From: Antedon mediterranea | Taxonomy: Eukaryota > Animalia > Echinodermata | Assembly (NCBI RefSeq): GCF_964355755.1 | Contig: NC_092673.1 | Coordinates: 8,370,001 to 8,434,000 of the forward strand | Direction: 5' to 3' | Length of the DNA stretch: 64,000 nucleotides | Shown here: piece by piece, positions 36,974 to 50,900 of the stretch | How the letters are laid out: the number at the start of each line of letters is the position of its first letter | Numbering within the stretch: position 1 is the stretch's first letter | Program-made: the position numbers and the translations under genes | The notes under the pieces: model-generated | What the model was told of the DNA's origin: nothing | The model's database searches: none | What the model saw: the letters and a program-made list of their open reading frames with translations, nothing else

Positions 36974-39900
36974 AATATTATTAATAAAGCATTAATAATT
37001 AATTCCGATGGTAAAAAATATGATTTGAAAATGTATGATGTAAGTATCTATTCATGACAAACAGGATAGATTTTTTAATGGCAATTTTGATTTAATAGAA
37101 ATATATATAATGTAAATGCAATTGAATGTTCTGGCGACTTGTCGACTTTGCCGAAGGGCGTTAATTCACATGCGTTTCCTAATAGTCATGGATTGTCTAC
37201 TGTCATTTACGCTGTTCATCCTTAATTTATCCGATTCGGTCCTATAATCTATGCACTGGCACTTATACTTTATACTGTTGTATTATTAATCTTCAATACC
37301 GAATTACCTTTGGGAATCGATTGCTTTGTCATCTAGATTTTTATAGTATTTGTATAAAAAAGACCTGAAAATATTACTTGCATCAACAACTTTGCATCTG
37401 CACAGAAATGATATGCTAAAATTGATAAAAGTACAGAATTACAAAACCAGGTACGCGCAGACGTCATAGACAGACATGGGTAACTGCTAATTTTAAAAAT
37501 AATACCTTACACATAGGACAAATAAATGAATTAGCTGGTTAGATTACAAATATCAATACAGTTAGTACGCAGGGCAGCTAATAATTATGTACATTATACC
37601 AATTACTATCAGGGGAGTCATTTCGACCTTAATAGACACAACACGGAAATTTCATGATTGTAATACGGCTGTCTTCCTCCCGATTATTATCTGACAATGT
37701 ATTGTTTAAAAAATCCAACGTTTATTTTTAATAATAATATATTATATAATAAAACGAGTATAACAAAAAAGAAGGCGTTGTCAATAGTATAGGATGATGC
37801 GTAGTTGTAGAAGGTTACAAATACAGAGAGTGTAAGACATGTCTATATAGAATTAATGTTACTATAACTAAGTAAATAAATTAATAAGTAAAAATATATT
37901 CCTAAAATGTTCGCCTTTTGTACATTTTGAGTATTATATGAATACCTTTTGCTCAAAGGCTCAGAATGTTGTGAAAATAATAATAAATAATATGATTATA
38001 GGCCAACATATTAGTGTTATGCCATATATTCCACAACATTATAATTTCGGTCATTATTGCCACGTGTACTGGAGCCATTTTGTACCTAAACCTGGTGATT
38101 CACGTTGGTGGTAGCGGCAACTTTGCTCAATATAGACAGCTGTGATATTTAATTGTACATGGTGCCCATTTGTCGCACAAGTAAAATAAGAACCTCCTGT
38201 TTAAATTCGTGTTTTACATACGGCACACTGAGAACGTTAAATTTTCTGAAGAATTTACAGTTGAAAAAAACGTATCAATAGATTTATTATATAAAACTTA
38301 ATAACTTAATTTCCATTTTGCTGAAAGTGTTGCATCCTGTAATAACTAATTAACAAACACAATTTACATGGCGAAACTTGATTGAATTAGGGCAGCGAAT
38401 AAATGCAACTTTCTGTTATACAACACCATATAAAAAAAAATCACAAAAGCAGAGTGTTGGCTAATAGAAGTTAATTTTAAGGTATGGATCGTGGAATTTG
38501 AAAAGATAATCACTATTGCTGTTTTTTTACTTATGAAGTTGCTGTATAGTTTTCTGTTTATCTAATTAATGAAGACAACTATAATTGGCAACGTAACTAC
38601 TTAATTACCTTTGGGATTCAAGGCCGTGTGGTAGTTTTTGCTAAGTTCTGTAATTATATCGCAAATAAACTCCATTTTAGATGAATCGACACAAATTGCT
38701 GAGTAGCAAGATATCTTCTCAGAACTTCCTAGCTGGCGGAACCTGTTAATTCAGGAAAAACACAGACAGAGATATTTATATAAAGTATTCTCGAAAATGC
38801 AATAATTCAACTATTTTTTTATATATATTTTGTGCATCCAGTGTTTCTCAATTGCCGTTAATTACGATGCAATTATAATAGCAACATTACGTCCACATTA
38901 TTGTAGTTATTTTGTTTAACGGTTTAACAGGTTAGATCATTGACATTGTACAAATATTGTTTTAACTGTAGTATTTAAAGGTCTTAATGGCGAATAAACA
39001 CAAAATGATGCTTTGGAGACCAAACGAAAATGTTGCAACCATCTTCTGCGGGAGTAAAAAAATGATGAAAATCTTACTTTGAGCAAACAGTTTTTTGTAA
39101 TGTTTAACTGAATGAATCATAAAGCCATAATAATTAAATGTCTGCAGTAGGTAGCATAATTTAACTGACAGTCAATGTAAATTAATAATTAAATAAATGG
39201 TTAGGACAGCAGTGTATCTCTGGATACCTGTGTTGTTTTGGTAAATATTTGTGTTTTCCGGCTATGGTAAATTGTATTATTTACTGACGAATCATTATAC
39301 TTGCTACAGATTACCGTCTGCGTTGCAGATGTACAGTGTCAACCCCCCATCATGCATCTGCCAGATCCCCGCGTGGGTTTAGACCCCCTTTCATCAAAGT
39401 TATGCTATCCTTAATCAGCACACCAGCTCGCCTATTATTGCAATCAATCAGGATACTCGGTCATACTTTATATATGATAGTTTGTCTATTTTACATTACC
39501 CAAAAATAAATACGAATTCAGGTGCAACGTATATAAATAAATATAAGTTCTAGTTTGTATTGTGTTTTATAACTTTCTATGTTCGTGCCGTCCTCAACTG
39601 TATACCGTCAAATTACAGATATACCGGTAACCTCAAGGTTTTTTAGTAGACAATCAGACAGAATTCACAATAAAGTACTATAACGGATGGTGTCATTCCT
39701 GTCAACAACATCGTAAAATGGTCATGACTGAAACGGAAGTCTAAAATATTCGTTTACCAATCGAATAGTTCACCGTCGCCAAAAATAAAATAAAATAACG
39801 TATTTTTTCAGTATGAATTTGTTTGTGCAAGTGAAATGCAATTCTATAATTTATTTAATTTCATTGTTATTTAAAACATAAGAATTAAGTTCCTAAAATT

Positions 39901-42296
39901 TTAAAATGTTATTTAATTTTATTGAAGGTGTTGTTCCAAATTTCAAAGATAACATTTTGAAACATAAATTTTGGAACAGAAATCAATTCTTTCTTTGCTA
40001 GGAAAATTCAAGAAATAATTTAAGCAAATTGCTGATAACCTTTGAGAAAATAATACAAAATTATATAATTTTCTTACAAGCGAATAATTGGCAACATCAC
40101 CTTATTTGTTTTAATGATTAGTTGATGATACAACACAGACGAGAAATATGTATTCGAATTATTAGGTTACAAGTGTCAGTCACGGTGTAAAGTAATAATC
40201 TATTTAACTATAACATTGTCAATATTCAGCATGTTCGAAAACATTTTATTGCAAGGAATTTTATATATTTTAACTAAATTATTTTAATCCAATATATTGT
40301 TATTATTATTTAATTATACATTCCATTGGCAATGCGTACGGATATTTTATTTATGGTAATGTTCGGTAGAAAATTCAAACGTTGATTCTGTTTACGATAT
40401 TGTACTTGCAACAAGTTGTTGATATTGATATAAATTATTTTGGCCTACATTCACCTTACCGGGTCTATTTAAGGCTAATATTATACAGAAATACCGTACC
40501 TTGATATTTAAAAAAATCTTAATTTTACTGGTTTTTGTTAAAAGTATTATAAGCTCTTTTTCTGTTTCTAATGTTACTTTTAATTTGACTTCGAACGATG
40601 TGTATAGTTTCAGCTAACATAACATGATATTAGCTTGCTTACCCGTATCCCTCATTTGGATTTACTCGTAGTCGTACAATCTTAAAATAGTACGATAATC
40701 TTTATCTTACATAACACAAGGGATGACATTTTATTATGCCACAAGCGATAGACGAATGGTTTGTCTGCAGTGAATACGAAGTTTATAAATAGATTTTAAA
40801 AGTTCAACAACATTTATAGGTTTATTCGATATGGGTCAATTAATATTACCCATTTCTGCGAATTTTCACAAAATAACAAAATAACTATTGAATATGTTGT
40901 CGTAAAATTATTACAATTATTGATAATTTGCAATTTAAATATACTTCTTGTAAAAATGCGTTTGCTTATTATCAAACAATACAATCGAAAATTTATTTAT
41001 GTTTATACTTACACAGTCAGTAATTTTGTTTCTGTATAATGTACAGTACTGTGAAATGGACATACGAGACATAGTAGACATTAATGCCATTACAGTATAC
41101 GAATCGTCGTCCGAACAATGAATAAAACAACAATAATTTTGTGTCAGAAATGGGCAACAAAATAGGCAGTGAGTCTGGAAAAATCTGACTGTCGTAAGGT
41201 ATATTTGCTGTAATCACTTTCTTGCAATTGAAATTCGTTTGTCCTTCAAAGTCCACCTGTTATTAGTGTAATATTCTTTAACTTTCCGTTTCAAAAACAT
41301 CTGGCAAATTGTAGTACGCTTTTAATTAGTGACCTAACATACAAGTAATTGGGGTCTTCGGTATGACGTATAGGCAGGGTATCCAAATAATTCGTGCTTG
41401 ATCCTGGAACGAAACGGGCAATGCTGCTGTGCTATTTAAATAAAACCACCTACTAATTAATTATGGAATTCCAAATTTGGATTTTTTCCCATATGTGGGT
41501 GTCTTGATGTATTTTACCCTATAACACAATCCAATCCCACTGTGATCGGCAATCAAAATAAAGCATAATAACAAATAAAACTTTACTTGAACTTTAAAAT
41601 GACTAGGGAAACATAACACCAAACTATTTTCATAATTCCAGTATTATAATACAAATTATATATAAATGAATTTATTAAAAAAACAAATATTATATTATCG
41701 ATTCGGGGAATTCGTTCCCTACATTGACGCAACGGTAAGGACAGCATGCGTGAAGCATTGGATCGGTACCCATTTCAGTGCCTTGTTGCTTGTATTAAGT
41801 AAAATGCTTTGTTTCCATTGCCATGCCCTTCAGATGGAACGTAATGATGTAGGTCCAGAGTACGTAAAATGATTGAGAACTTGGCACAATATTCGAAAAG
41901 GATAGAGTATCGTCTCCCTGTGTGTTGATTATGAAGCCTATAGACACCATCCACAATAAAGTAGCATGCAGTACCATCAAAAGGCCTTAACTTACAAAGT
42001 GCAATGCCATGACGTTTATTACACAGTAAGAACATATTTCATGTCATCCGACACATCAGGTAGTCTGTTCGGTAACATTACAATAGTGAGACAGAATGGT
42101 CCACGCTCGAGGACATAATCATTTCAAGTGCCAAGTGGAAATTAACTTATGACATTTTTGTCACGATTATGAAGTATGTGTTAAAACAATCCATTTAACT
42201 TGGTACCGATTCGGATTGCAGTCGTTATAATTATTACCGCTGTTTTATTTGTACTGTACATAGGCCTATTATAATATCAGAGTTTATAATAACGCT

Positions 42297-43641
42297 TGTA
42301 ACACTTGTTACAACCGTTAATGTAGAAAACGCCAGCTTATGTCGAAACAACCGTTAATGTAGAACAACCAACCGCTTATGTAGTAAAACCTCCAGCTTAT
42401 GTAGAAACACCAACAGCTTATGTAGTAAATACAAATCAACGCCAGCTAATGTAGAAACAGTTAACAGCTTATGTAGTAACGAAAATTGCCTCCCAGCTTA
42501 TGTAGTTACTATCGCCAGCTAATGTAGAAAATGTTATACATTTTACAAAAATGTCTCATTTATGTGCCAGTGCATCGATCTTTACTTAGCTATCAGTCTT
42601 TTCACCTCTCGTAAGCAACCAACTTTCTAAAACGACCACACATCGTAAGCAACCATCTCTGTTAAGGGACCGCTTCTCATAATCGACCACCTCTCGTAAG
42701 GGATTACCTCCTCTCATAAGGGACCACTTCTCATAACCGACCACCTCTCGTAAGCGACCACCTCTCTTAAGGACCACGCCTTTCGTAAATGACCACCTCT
42801 TTTAAGGGACCACGACCTCTTTCTCTCTATTAAAGGACCGCTTCTCATAATCGTCAGTGACGACTCTTTTAAAGGACCACCTCTCTTAACGACCCCACCT
42901 CTTGTAAGTGACGACCTCTTATAAAGGACCACCACCTCTATTAAGGGACTGCTTCTCATAATCGACCATCTTCCATCACAATGACCTCTCGAAAGTGACC
43001 ACCTCTATTGCGACGACCAGTGTCTCTGTTAAGGGACCGCTTCTTATCATTGACCACTTCCGAGAGGTGGTCGATTATGATAAATGGTCCCTTAAAAGAG
43101 ACGGTGGTCGTTCAATAGAGGTGATCACTTACGAGAGGTGGTCTATTATAAGCAGTGGTCCCTTAATAATAGAAACGGTGGACGTTCAACAGAGGTGGTC
43201 ACTTACCAGAGGTCGTTGTGACGGGAGATAGTCGATTATGAGAAGCGGTCCTTTAATAGAGAGAAAGAGATCGTGGTCCCTTAAAAGAGGTGGTCATTTA
43301 CGAGAGGTGTGGTCGTTAAAAGAGGTGGTCACTTACGAGAGGTGGAAAGACTGATAGCTAAGTAAAGATCGATGCTTGCACATGAATTATAGACATTTTT
43401 GTAAAATATATAACATTTTCTACATTAGCTGGCGATAGTAACTACATAAGCTGGGAGGCAATTTTCGTTACTACATAAGCTGTTGACTGTTTCTACATTA
43501 GCTGGTGTTGATTTTTATTTACTACATAAGCTGTTGGTGTTTCTACATAAGCTGGAGGTTTTACTACATAAGCGGTGGATTATTCTACATTAACGGTTGT
43601 TTCGACATTAGCTGGCGTTTTCTACATTAGCGGTTGTAACA
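42297..43641. mobile_element. Foldback element with two classes of internal tandem subrepeats and TGT...ACA termini
   Basis: TGTTACAACCGTTAATGTAGAAAACGCCAGC (42306) mirrors GCTGGCGTTTTCTACATTAGCGGTTGTAACA (ends 43641). Outer subrepeats are CAGCTTATGTAG, inner are GACCACCTCT. Centre near 43058. ACGCT flanks both sides (42292-42296, 43642-43646). Confidence 0.85.
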
Positions 43642-44164
43642 ACGCTACTCATTTTGTTAACATCAATTTGAAGGTCATTTTGAAGACCAGCTTCTCCTGT
43701 CTTTCATGCATGAAAAGAGCAAATGTTATATCAAATACTGTACTGTGATATATTTGGTTTTTAATTTCGCGTACCAATTACCTTTTTAATTTAAACAAAC
43801 AGAACACAGTACTAGTCTAGGCTCTAGCATTTTGCCTTAATGATGGTAAAAAAGTATGTTTGCACATAATGGCGTTTCGCACGCATAATACTTTAACTAA
43901 AATATAAAATTCTATCCGAATACGTACGGTATCTTTAATATTGTTTAAAACATTATATCTACTAATGTATAATGATTTATTCCACTCCCACCTGTCTCTT
44001 TATTCAGTTGTAGATAGGTATCGTTTTCAATTATAGCTACCAGGCATTTTGACATATGATCGCCTTTAAATATACCGATACTCGGTACTGAACTCTGAGC
44101 GATTGGATTCAGTTTGTACCATGGGTAGGCCTATATTCCTTATTGTGTTTAAAAGTACATTACG

Positions 44165-44208
44165 TTTAATGTTAATGGAGTAATTTTAATTACTCCATTA
44201 ACATTAAA
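44165..44208. repeat. Perfect 21-bp inverted repeat with a 2-nt spacer
   Basis: tttaatgttaatggagtaatt-tt-aattactccattaacattaaa. Confidence 0.9.
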
Positions 44209-44995
44209 AGTATTATTAAAATACTGTATGATGTTTGTGTTACTTATGAGTTTTTTTAACTTTATGTTTCGTTTTAAATTTTAAATAATTTTGTTTTACT
44301 TTTAGTTTTTCAATGAATTCCTGTTTTGAATAAATTTCAAATAAATAAATTGTTGGTTGTACTGTTTTGTAAAACAACAATTGTAGATCCCACACAGTCA
44401 TGACTTCTGACCTGTAATTCTGAATTTTTAAGCAGGTACTTTATTCAAGGACAACTCGTTGCTTTATTCGCCTCCACGACGATTAGATAGTGTAGTTGTT
44501 ATTTTTCTCGAATTTCTGTAGGCCTATTGTCGACACACTCGATTTTATTCTCGCCATTTCCGTATCTGTTATGCCTTCCAATACATAGTTATATTACATT
44601 GTTGTAAAAGTTACACAGTATTATTATGGTTCTATCCCACGGAAACCTTTTGATTGTATAATTGTGTGATACGCTAGGCTTATAAATATTACCATACTCC
44701 CCGGCCAACTTTGGAGACCTTCATTTGTGATTGTCCCAGCCTCCCGCTTAGGTTTTGGATTAATTTATTAGATATTGATTAAAGATGGAAGCATTGATTA
44801 TTGAATAAATGAATGTTTGTTAATAAAACCTGACTACCTTGTGTATAACTCGGATCCGGCTCGTTTCATAGATAGAACACTTATGTTCTCCATTCAGCTC
44901 ATGCATATGCATTGTGTACATTAATTTCGTGCTGTAAATGTATTGTTCAAATCTGGTTAATGTTAATGCATTTTTCTTTTAGGTGGACCGAGAAT

Positions 44996-47900
44996 ATGAT
45001 GAAATTAAGCGTGATTATTGTCATCATCGGATTAAATTCTAACTTGGTAGCGCCTGTTCTTCAGCGAAAAGGTATGAATACAGTTATCTATCCAAGCCAA
45101 ATAATGATACAATCGGGGATACAATACCGGTAACGTACGATATATAATATTGTTCATAGACTTTACTAATGATCATTGTCGTGTCGAGTGGCCAAGTGGT
45201 AAAACAACATCACACTGAAACTCCTCGAACATTGTTCGTGGTAGACAAGTATTCTCGGATAAGTCAAAGTCAGGTGTTACAAATCCGCATGTGTATTTTG
45301 AACACAGTGCATCTTTCAGAAAAGTTGGGATATACTTAAGCCACTGTCTTTATGCTGATACAAAACTGAAACGAAATAAAACAAATCTTAGACAATTGTA
45401 ACAATATCTATTATTATATAAATACAACTTATAGTATTATATTTGGAATGAGACATACAATATACAGTGTATATATAAGTGTAATATTAAGTTGACACAC
45501 ATTAATTTTTAGTGATTTACCGTCTTTCTTCTATTTGTTCTTATCCAACAGATGGACGATTTGGAGGTCTTGGAAGAGACGAACTGAGCTCAGGGAAGAC
45601 AACAAATATACCTCTATCAACCTATAACCCCTCCACTATAGACCCACCTTTACAAAGTACAACTTATAATTTTGTCACAAAGGAACCACTTAAAATACCT
45701 GCAACGTCATCAGCATCTTCAGAAAATATTAATTCTTTATTTACAAATCAACAAAAAAACAATATTTCTGATGGAATACTGGACACAAAATCAGAAAGTT
45801 CTGTCGGGGAACCGCCTCCTGGAAATCGAACAAAAGAATTACATTCTGTAACTAATAATACCTTTTATAAAAGTTTTAACGAAAAATCTATTTATACTAC
45901 TGTTACACATAAAGATGCGACTAAACATCAAGAAAATGAGACAGACAATAGTCATACTTTATCAATGGACCAAAATCAGTATTCGAATATAAACGGTTTA
46001 GAGGATAATAATAAAACAATATCTTACAATACAGAGACTTATAATCCGCAAAATGTCACGAATACGTCAAATTCAAAGTTATTTAAAGACCCATCGTTAG
46101 TGGATCAAGAATTTCAGGACGACGCAGAACGTGGTTCCGGGGCAGAAGATTTCCCAAGATCTGCTTCGAATCGGATGTCTGTCAGATATGGTCAGAAAGG
46201 TGAAAAGGGTTTTAAGGGACCAAGGGTAATTATTGTCAATTTTTACGATATTTTTCTATAATATTAGATTGAGTTATGCCGTCATTGTTTGTAGACCCAG
46301 CCTGTCATGCCTTTTACAGACCGAAGCTATTAAAATCATTAAATTCCTAATACAACTCTTATCTCAACATAAAAAGTTACCATTTAGAGGTATAGGTATT
46401 TTAATTATATTGATATTCACAAAACACGGAGCGGATGTGCGGTTAAGCGGAAACCCGCTCCGGGATAGATACAGATTTTACGCGGGACAAACACGCGGTA
46501 TTATCCGCTCTTTTGTGTATATTGGCCTATACACGAAGTACAGTACCGTAATGTACAACATAGAAACCACGGTCCCCGTAGGGATCTGGTTTGTTTATTA
46601 AGCGTATTATTGAATTAGACCTATTATTGTTGATACTAAACATAATTCTCATTGGTTCCTGAGAGTTTTGAAATTGAACGTGATTAACCTGGTTTTCATT
46701 GTATTATTAACTGAATTCAAAAAGCACATTTCTATCAATGTATATGTTACTCATGTAAAACATGTTCTTAATTTCAGGGCATAATTGGAGTACCTGGGCT
46801 CCCGGGTGTTCGTGGACCAAGAGGTGAACCGGTAATGATTCTACAGTAATTTAAATTTAAATATTACCAGATGTGTTGTTAGGCAATTAATGCTGCAATT
46901 ATTAGATGTAATTCACAGAGCCTATAGTATTAGGTTAGATAACCACGGATGTAATTGAGGAAGCATTGTGATTAATTAGTGTATGCTACTGATACGAGCG
47001 TTTGAACGCAGTTTTACCATACATTCTCAATTTCTTTGTGACTACACTCAGACTTGAATAACTATAAGAGACCTACGAAGTGTTATACTAAGCGTTAATA
47101 CTAGAAGAACATGAACAGTTTTACTAAGCTGTATAAATAAGACGGGTTTGTTGTTAGTAAATAATGCTGTTGTTTTTAATTACATGGTGAAACGTGAGTT
47201 TAATGTTAAAAGGAGAGTTGTACAACAAATTCCAAACTCCTTTAATCAAACGAATAGCTTCACGTTACTGAATTTAATCCAATTTCATATTGATAGAAAT
47301 ACAAAACAACACAGCGAATCACTACAAAGCTAATTATTTTTGTAATTTACCCAATATAATTCTACACTCATTTTATATTTGATTATAGGGAAAGCGCGGG
47401 CGCAAAGGTCAACCTGGTCCAATTGGACCCATCGGACAAACGGTAGGTTTTCACTGCACAATCTAAACGAATCAGGATAACTTTTATGTAAATAGTGATA
47501 TTCATAAAGCATAACTCATTGAATCTTAATCTTTCAAAACGAGGAAATAAATGTGTGTATAATGTTAACTGTTTTTTGGATCTAATCATGTATCAATCAG
47601 TACAAGCGTGACTTTGGTAGGTAAATTGTAGGCCTATGTAGTGGATTTATTTATCTCGAATATATGTATGTCTGAAATAAAATGGAAATTAAATTATAGG
47701 AAGTCATCATTGTAGGTTATTAATAGTTACCGGTAGCACATTACATATGATGCAACTAGTCATTTCATGTAAGCTGTATGTCATCGCCAATTTTTTAAGC
47801 TTTTATGCAGAAATAAAGTTTGGCACAAAATCAGTAAGGACTCTAGAAACAACGTAGCATAACAATTAGTGTAGATATTTGTGTAGGCCTACAGTCAGAC

Positions 47901-50900
47901 CAAACCCAGGCACTTCTACAAATCTAACATTTTGATTTTGGTATTATACTTACACTTTAGTGGGTATTCCCATATTCAAAGAGGTAAAATGGTCACAACT
48001 TACAGAAATAGAACTTCGTTTTCCATCATAAAAAAAAAAATTGTTATATTCATTGATTTATACTCTGAAATGCATAGAGTTGCTGTAAGATTGAACAATA
48101 ATAATAATTTATTATCAAAAGTAGTTCAGAATGGTAATGTTGTTTAGTAAAAATAGATAAAAATAGCATTAGTACAGAAAGAGATTGGTATTAATTAAAT
48201 TTGTATTAGCCTTCTTTAAACAGGGAAGTCAAGATCAGTGATATCACTGCAATATTGGTATTATAAATAATTAATAATACAAAAATAAAAACTGGACTAA
48301 TTGATTTGTTTGTTAGGGGTTACGAGGTCACCCAGGACTGAAGGGGTATTTTGCACCACAAGGATTACCGGTAAGTTCAATATACTCTACCTGTGTTTCA
48401 AATTGAAGGTATGGTGGTTCATGGTGACTCAACCACTAAATACATTTAGGCCAACACTCGATTCTTCTTTTGCTAGACTATTATATTCAGTATTTTTTAG
48501 TATGTACATCATTTTGATTCTGTTTTGATCGTATTGCGCAACATGCTCGACTATTCACAGACTTGATAATTATTCCTCATTGATGAGGTATTATTATTAT
48601 TATTATTAAAATGTATTCTATTTACGGTTATTATAGACAAAAGTTAAACAGAAAACACCATACCATCTGTAAAACAACTTTCTATTTTGTTCACACCCTC
48701 CATCATACATTTTAAATAAGTTGTATTACACAAAAAAATACAATCAGTTTTTTATGTTAGGTCAGACATTTCAATTCATCATTATTTATTTGACAGAATT
48801 GAAGATGTGAAAACTCAACCTTGAGCGACAGGATATTGAAATTCATAAATTTCCTTCCTAGAAATCATTATATATAGAATGGTTCGTGAGTCACATGGGT
48901 TTCTGGATATCTCAGTGAACCGCGTCCATGGCGACGAATTGCTAAACAACAAGCACTTAAAACGATTAGCCGTCATAATAAATATAAGTTTGCTTATTGA
49001 GAGCAATAATGTTATGATTCATTACACATTTGGTTACTAATTTGTTCTATTTGTTTTAAGAACAATTAATTTGAAAATGTAAATAATTGTGTAGCTATCG
49101 TTATTTTTCAGGGTGATTCGGGAATTGATGGAACGGTTGGTGAAAGAGGTTTAAATGGCATAAAGGTAAGACAATCAGTTTATCTATATTTACATCGTAA
49201 AGAACGACATGAAGAAACAGTATAAAAATAAAATATAGTCATGCTTTCGGTGACAATTTGTGAATAATTTGTAAATACTGCACAGGCATATCATTATGGG
49301 AACAATTCAAGCTGATCAACTTCTTTAAATATGATTGGAGTTACTTTTGTTTTGTTATGGGATTAATTAATTTTTTTACAGTACTTTATAAAGTATTTTT
49401 TTGTAAAAAGTTGATCAAGATAGAGGGCGTCATAATAGTTACCTTGTCGACATACAGTGATTTCAATTGATTTAATGAGTTTATTATGTGTTATAAATTC
49501 TCTTCATTTATGATTTTACTTTATTTTAATCAGGGTGAGCGTGGATTACCTGGGCCAAAGGGAAACAAAGGAATTAAGGTATAATATTAATTAATTAATG
49601 TCCACAATAACATTGACTACGTCATATTTTACCCACTGAGAAAACGGTATCAAATAAACGACGTGTCGGTTATAACATGTTTATAGGTTTTAGTGTGGCG
49701 CTTTATATTACTAATACTAATAGCCTAGTGGCTAAAGAATAACGGTAACAAGATTCGTGTCTGACATTTATTTAAAGCCAAAAAAATATAACACTTTTAA
49801 TTCCGTTGACTTGCCCATAACTTGGCAACGTTCTATTAAATATCATTACTTACTGTTAATATGACCTAATTGTGACTGTCAATGTGATATTGACATGTCT
49901 GTGAATACAGATTGAGGTGGTTTACTTCCCTTGATGTTTTATTTATCACGGTCGAAATCATTCGTTTCGCTTAACAGTATCAGACTTGGATACCTATGCG
50001 TAGACGGTCGAGAAAGTGTTTTTCTCCTTCACACTTCCTTCCTTATCAAACAGTTTTTATCTTCAATTTATTAATTTTAATTTTATGTCCACAATTTAGG
50101 GAATTATCGGAGAAACGGGAATTAAAGGCGAAAAGGGGTTCAATGGACGAAGGGTAATTTACTGTTTTAATTTTGTATTTTAGTTAAATTGAAAATACCA
50201 AAACAGTTTGGGTTATCTGTGTTATATTTTGTTTTGTTTTTGCAGGGACCAAGTGGGAAAACAGGACAGCAAGGGCCGGTCGGTATTGAGGTACTAATTT
50301 TGCTCTGTAATGCCTACTCTACGAAATAAAATAAAATGCTTTAGTAGACTTACATAGTTGTAAACCTGGTTGTAATATCTAATCTAAGATATTGTATAGC
50401 ACTCTTGTTCCTAACCTAATATCAACGTATGTTGTATTAAAACATACATTTTAACATTAACGCATGCGAATCTTTTCGCATTTACATTGAAAATGTGAAG
50501 TATCTATTTATAGGCTATACATTACCGTAGTAAGCATTAATAAAGGAATTGATACACATATTGTAATTGACCTTGTGATTAATTTTAATTAAAATGGAAT
50601 ATAGTGTACGTTCTCAAATTGTCTATTAGTACTTGTTTTATTGTTATAGTACGTTTTGTAAAAAAAATAATGGGTTTGAATTATTATTTTATTACTATAG
50701 ACATTATCTATTAACCAAATACATTGTTAAACTTACACTTTGATATTTCATAGGGAAGAAACGGTTTTCCTGGTGTTCGTGGATTCCCAGGACCAAGCGG
50801 CGAAATTGTAAATATACAATATTTTTCGTTATACATTCAATGAATCCATATAAATTCGAATTGCTTTTATGTCGCTTTCATTAAAACGCATGCCACTTAG

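Noticed and set aside
42586-43231. ORFs 42586-42777, 42714-42959 and 42995-43231
   Set aside because: They are translations of the foldback element's tandem subrepeats and show no protein-like features.
42310-43640. CRISPR-like look of short repeated units
   Set aside because: Eukaryotic context, degenerate units without unique spacers, and no cas genes.
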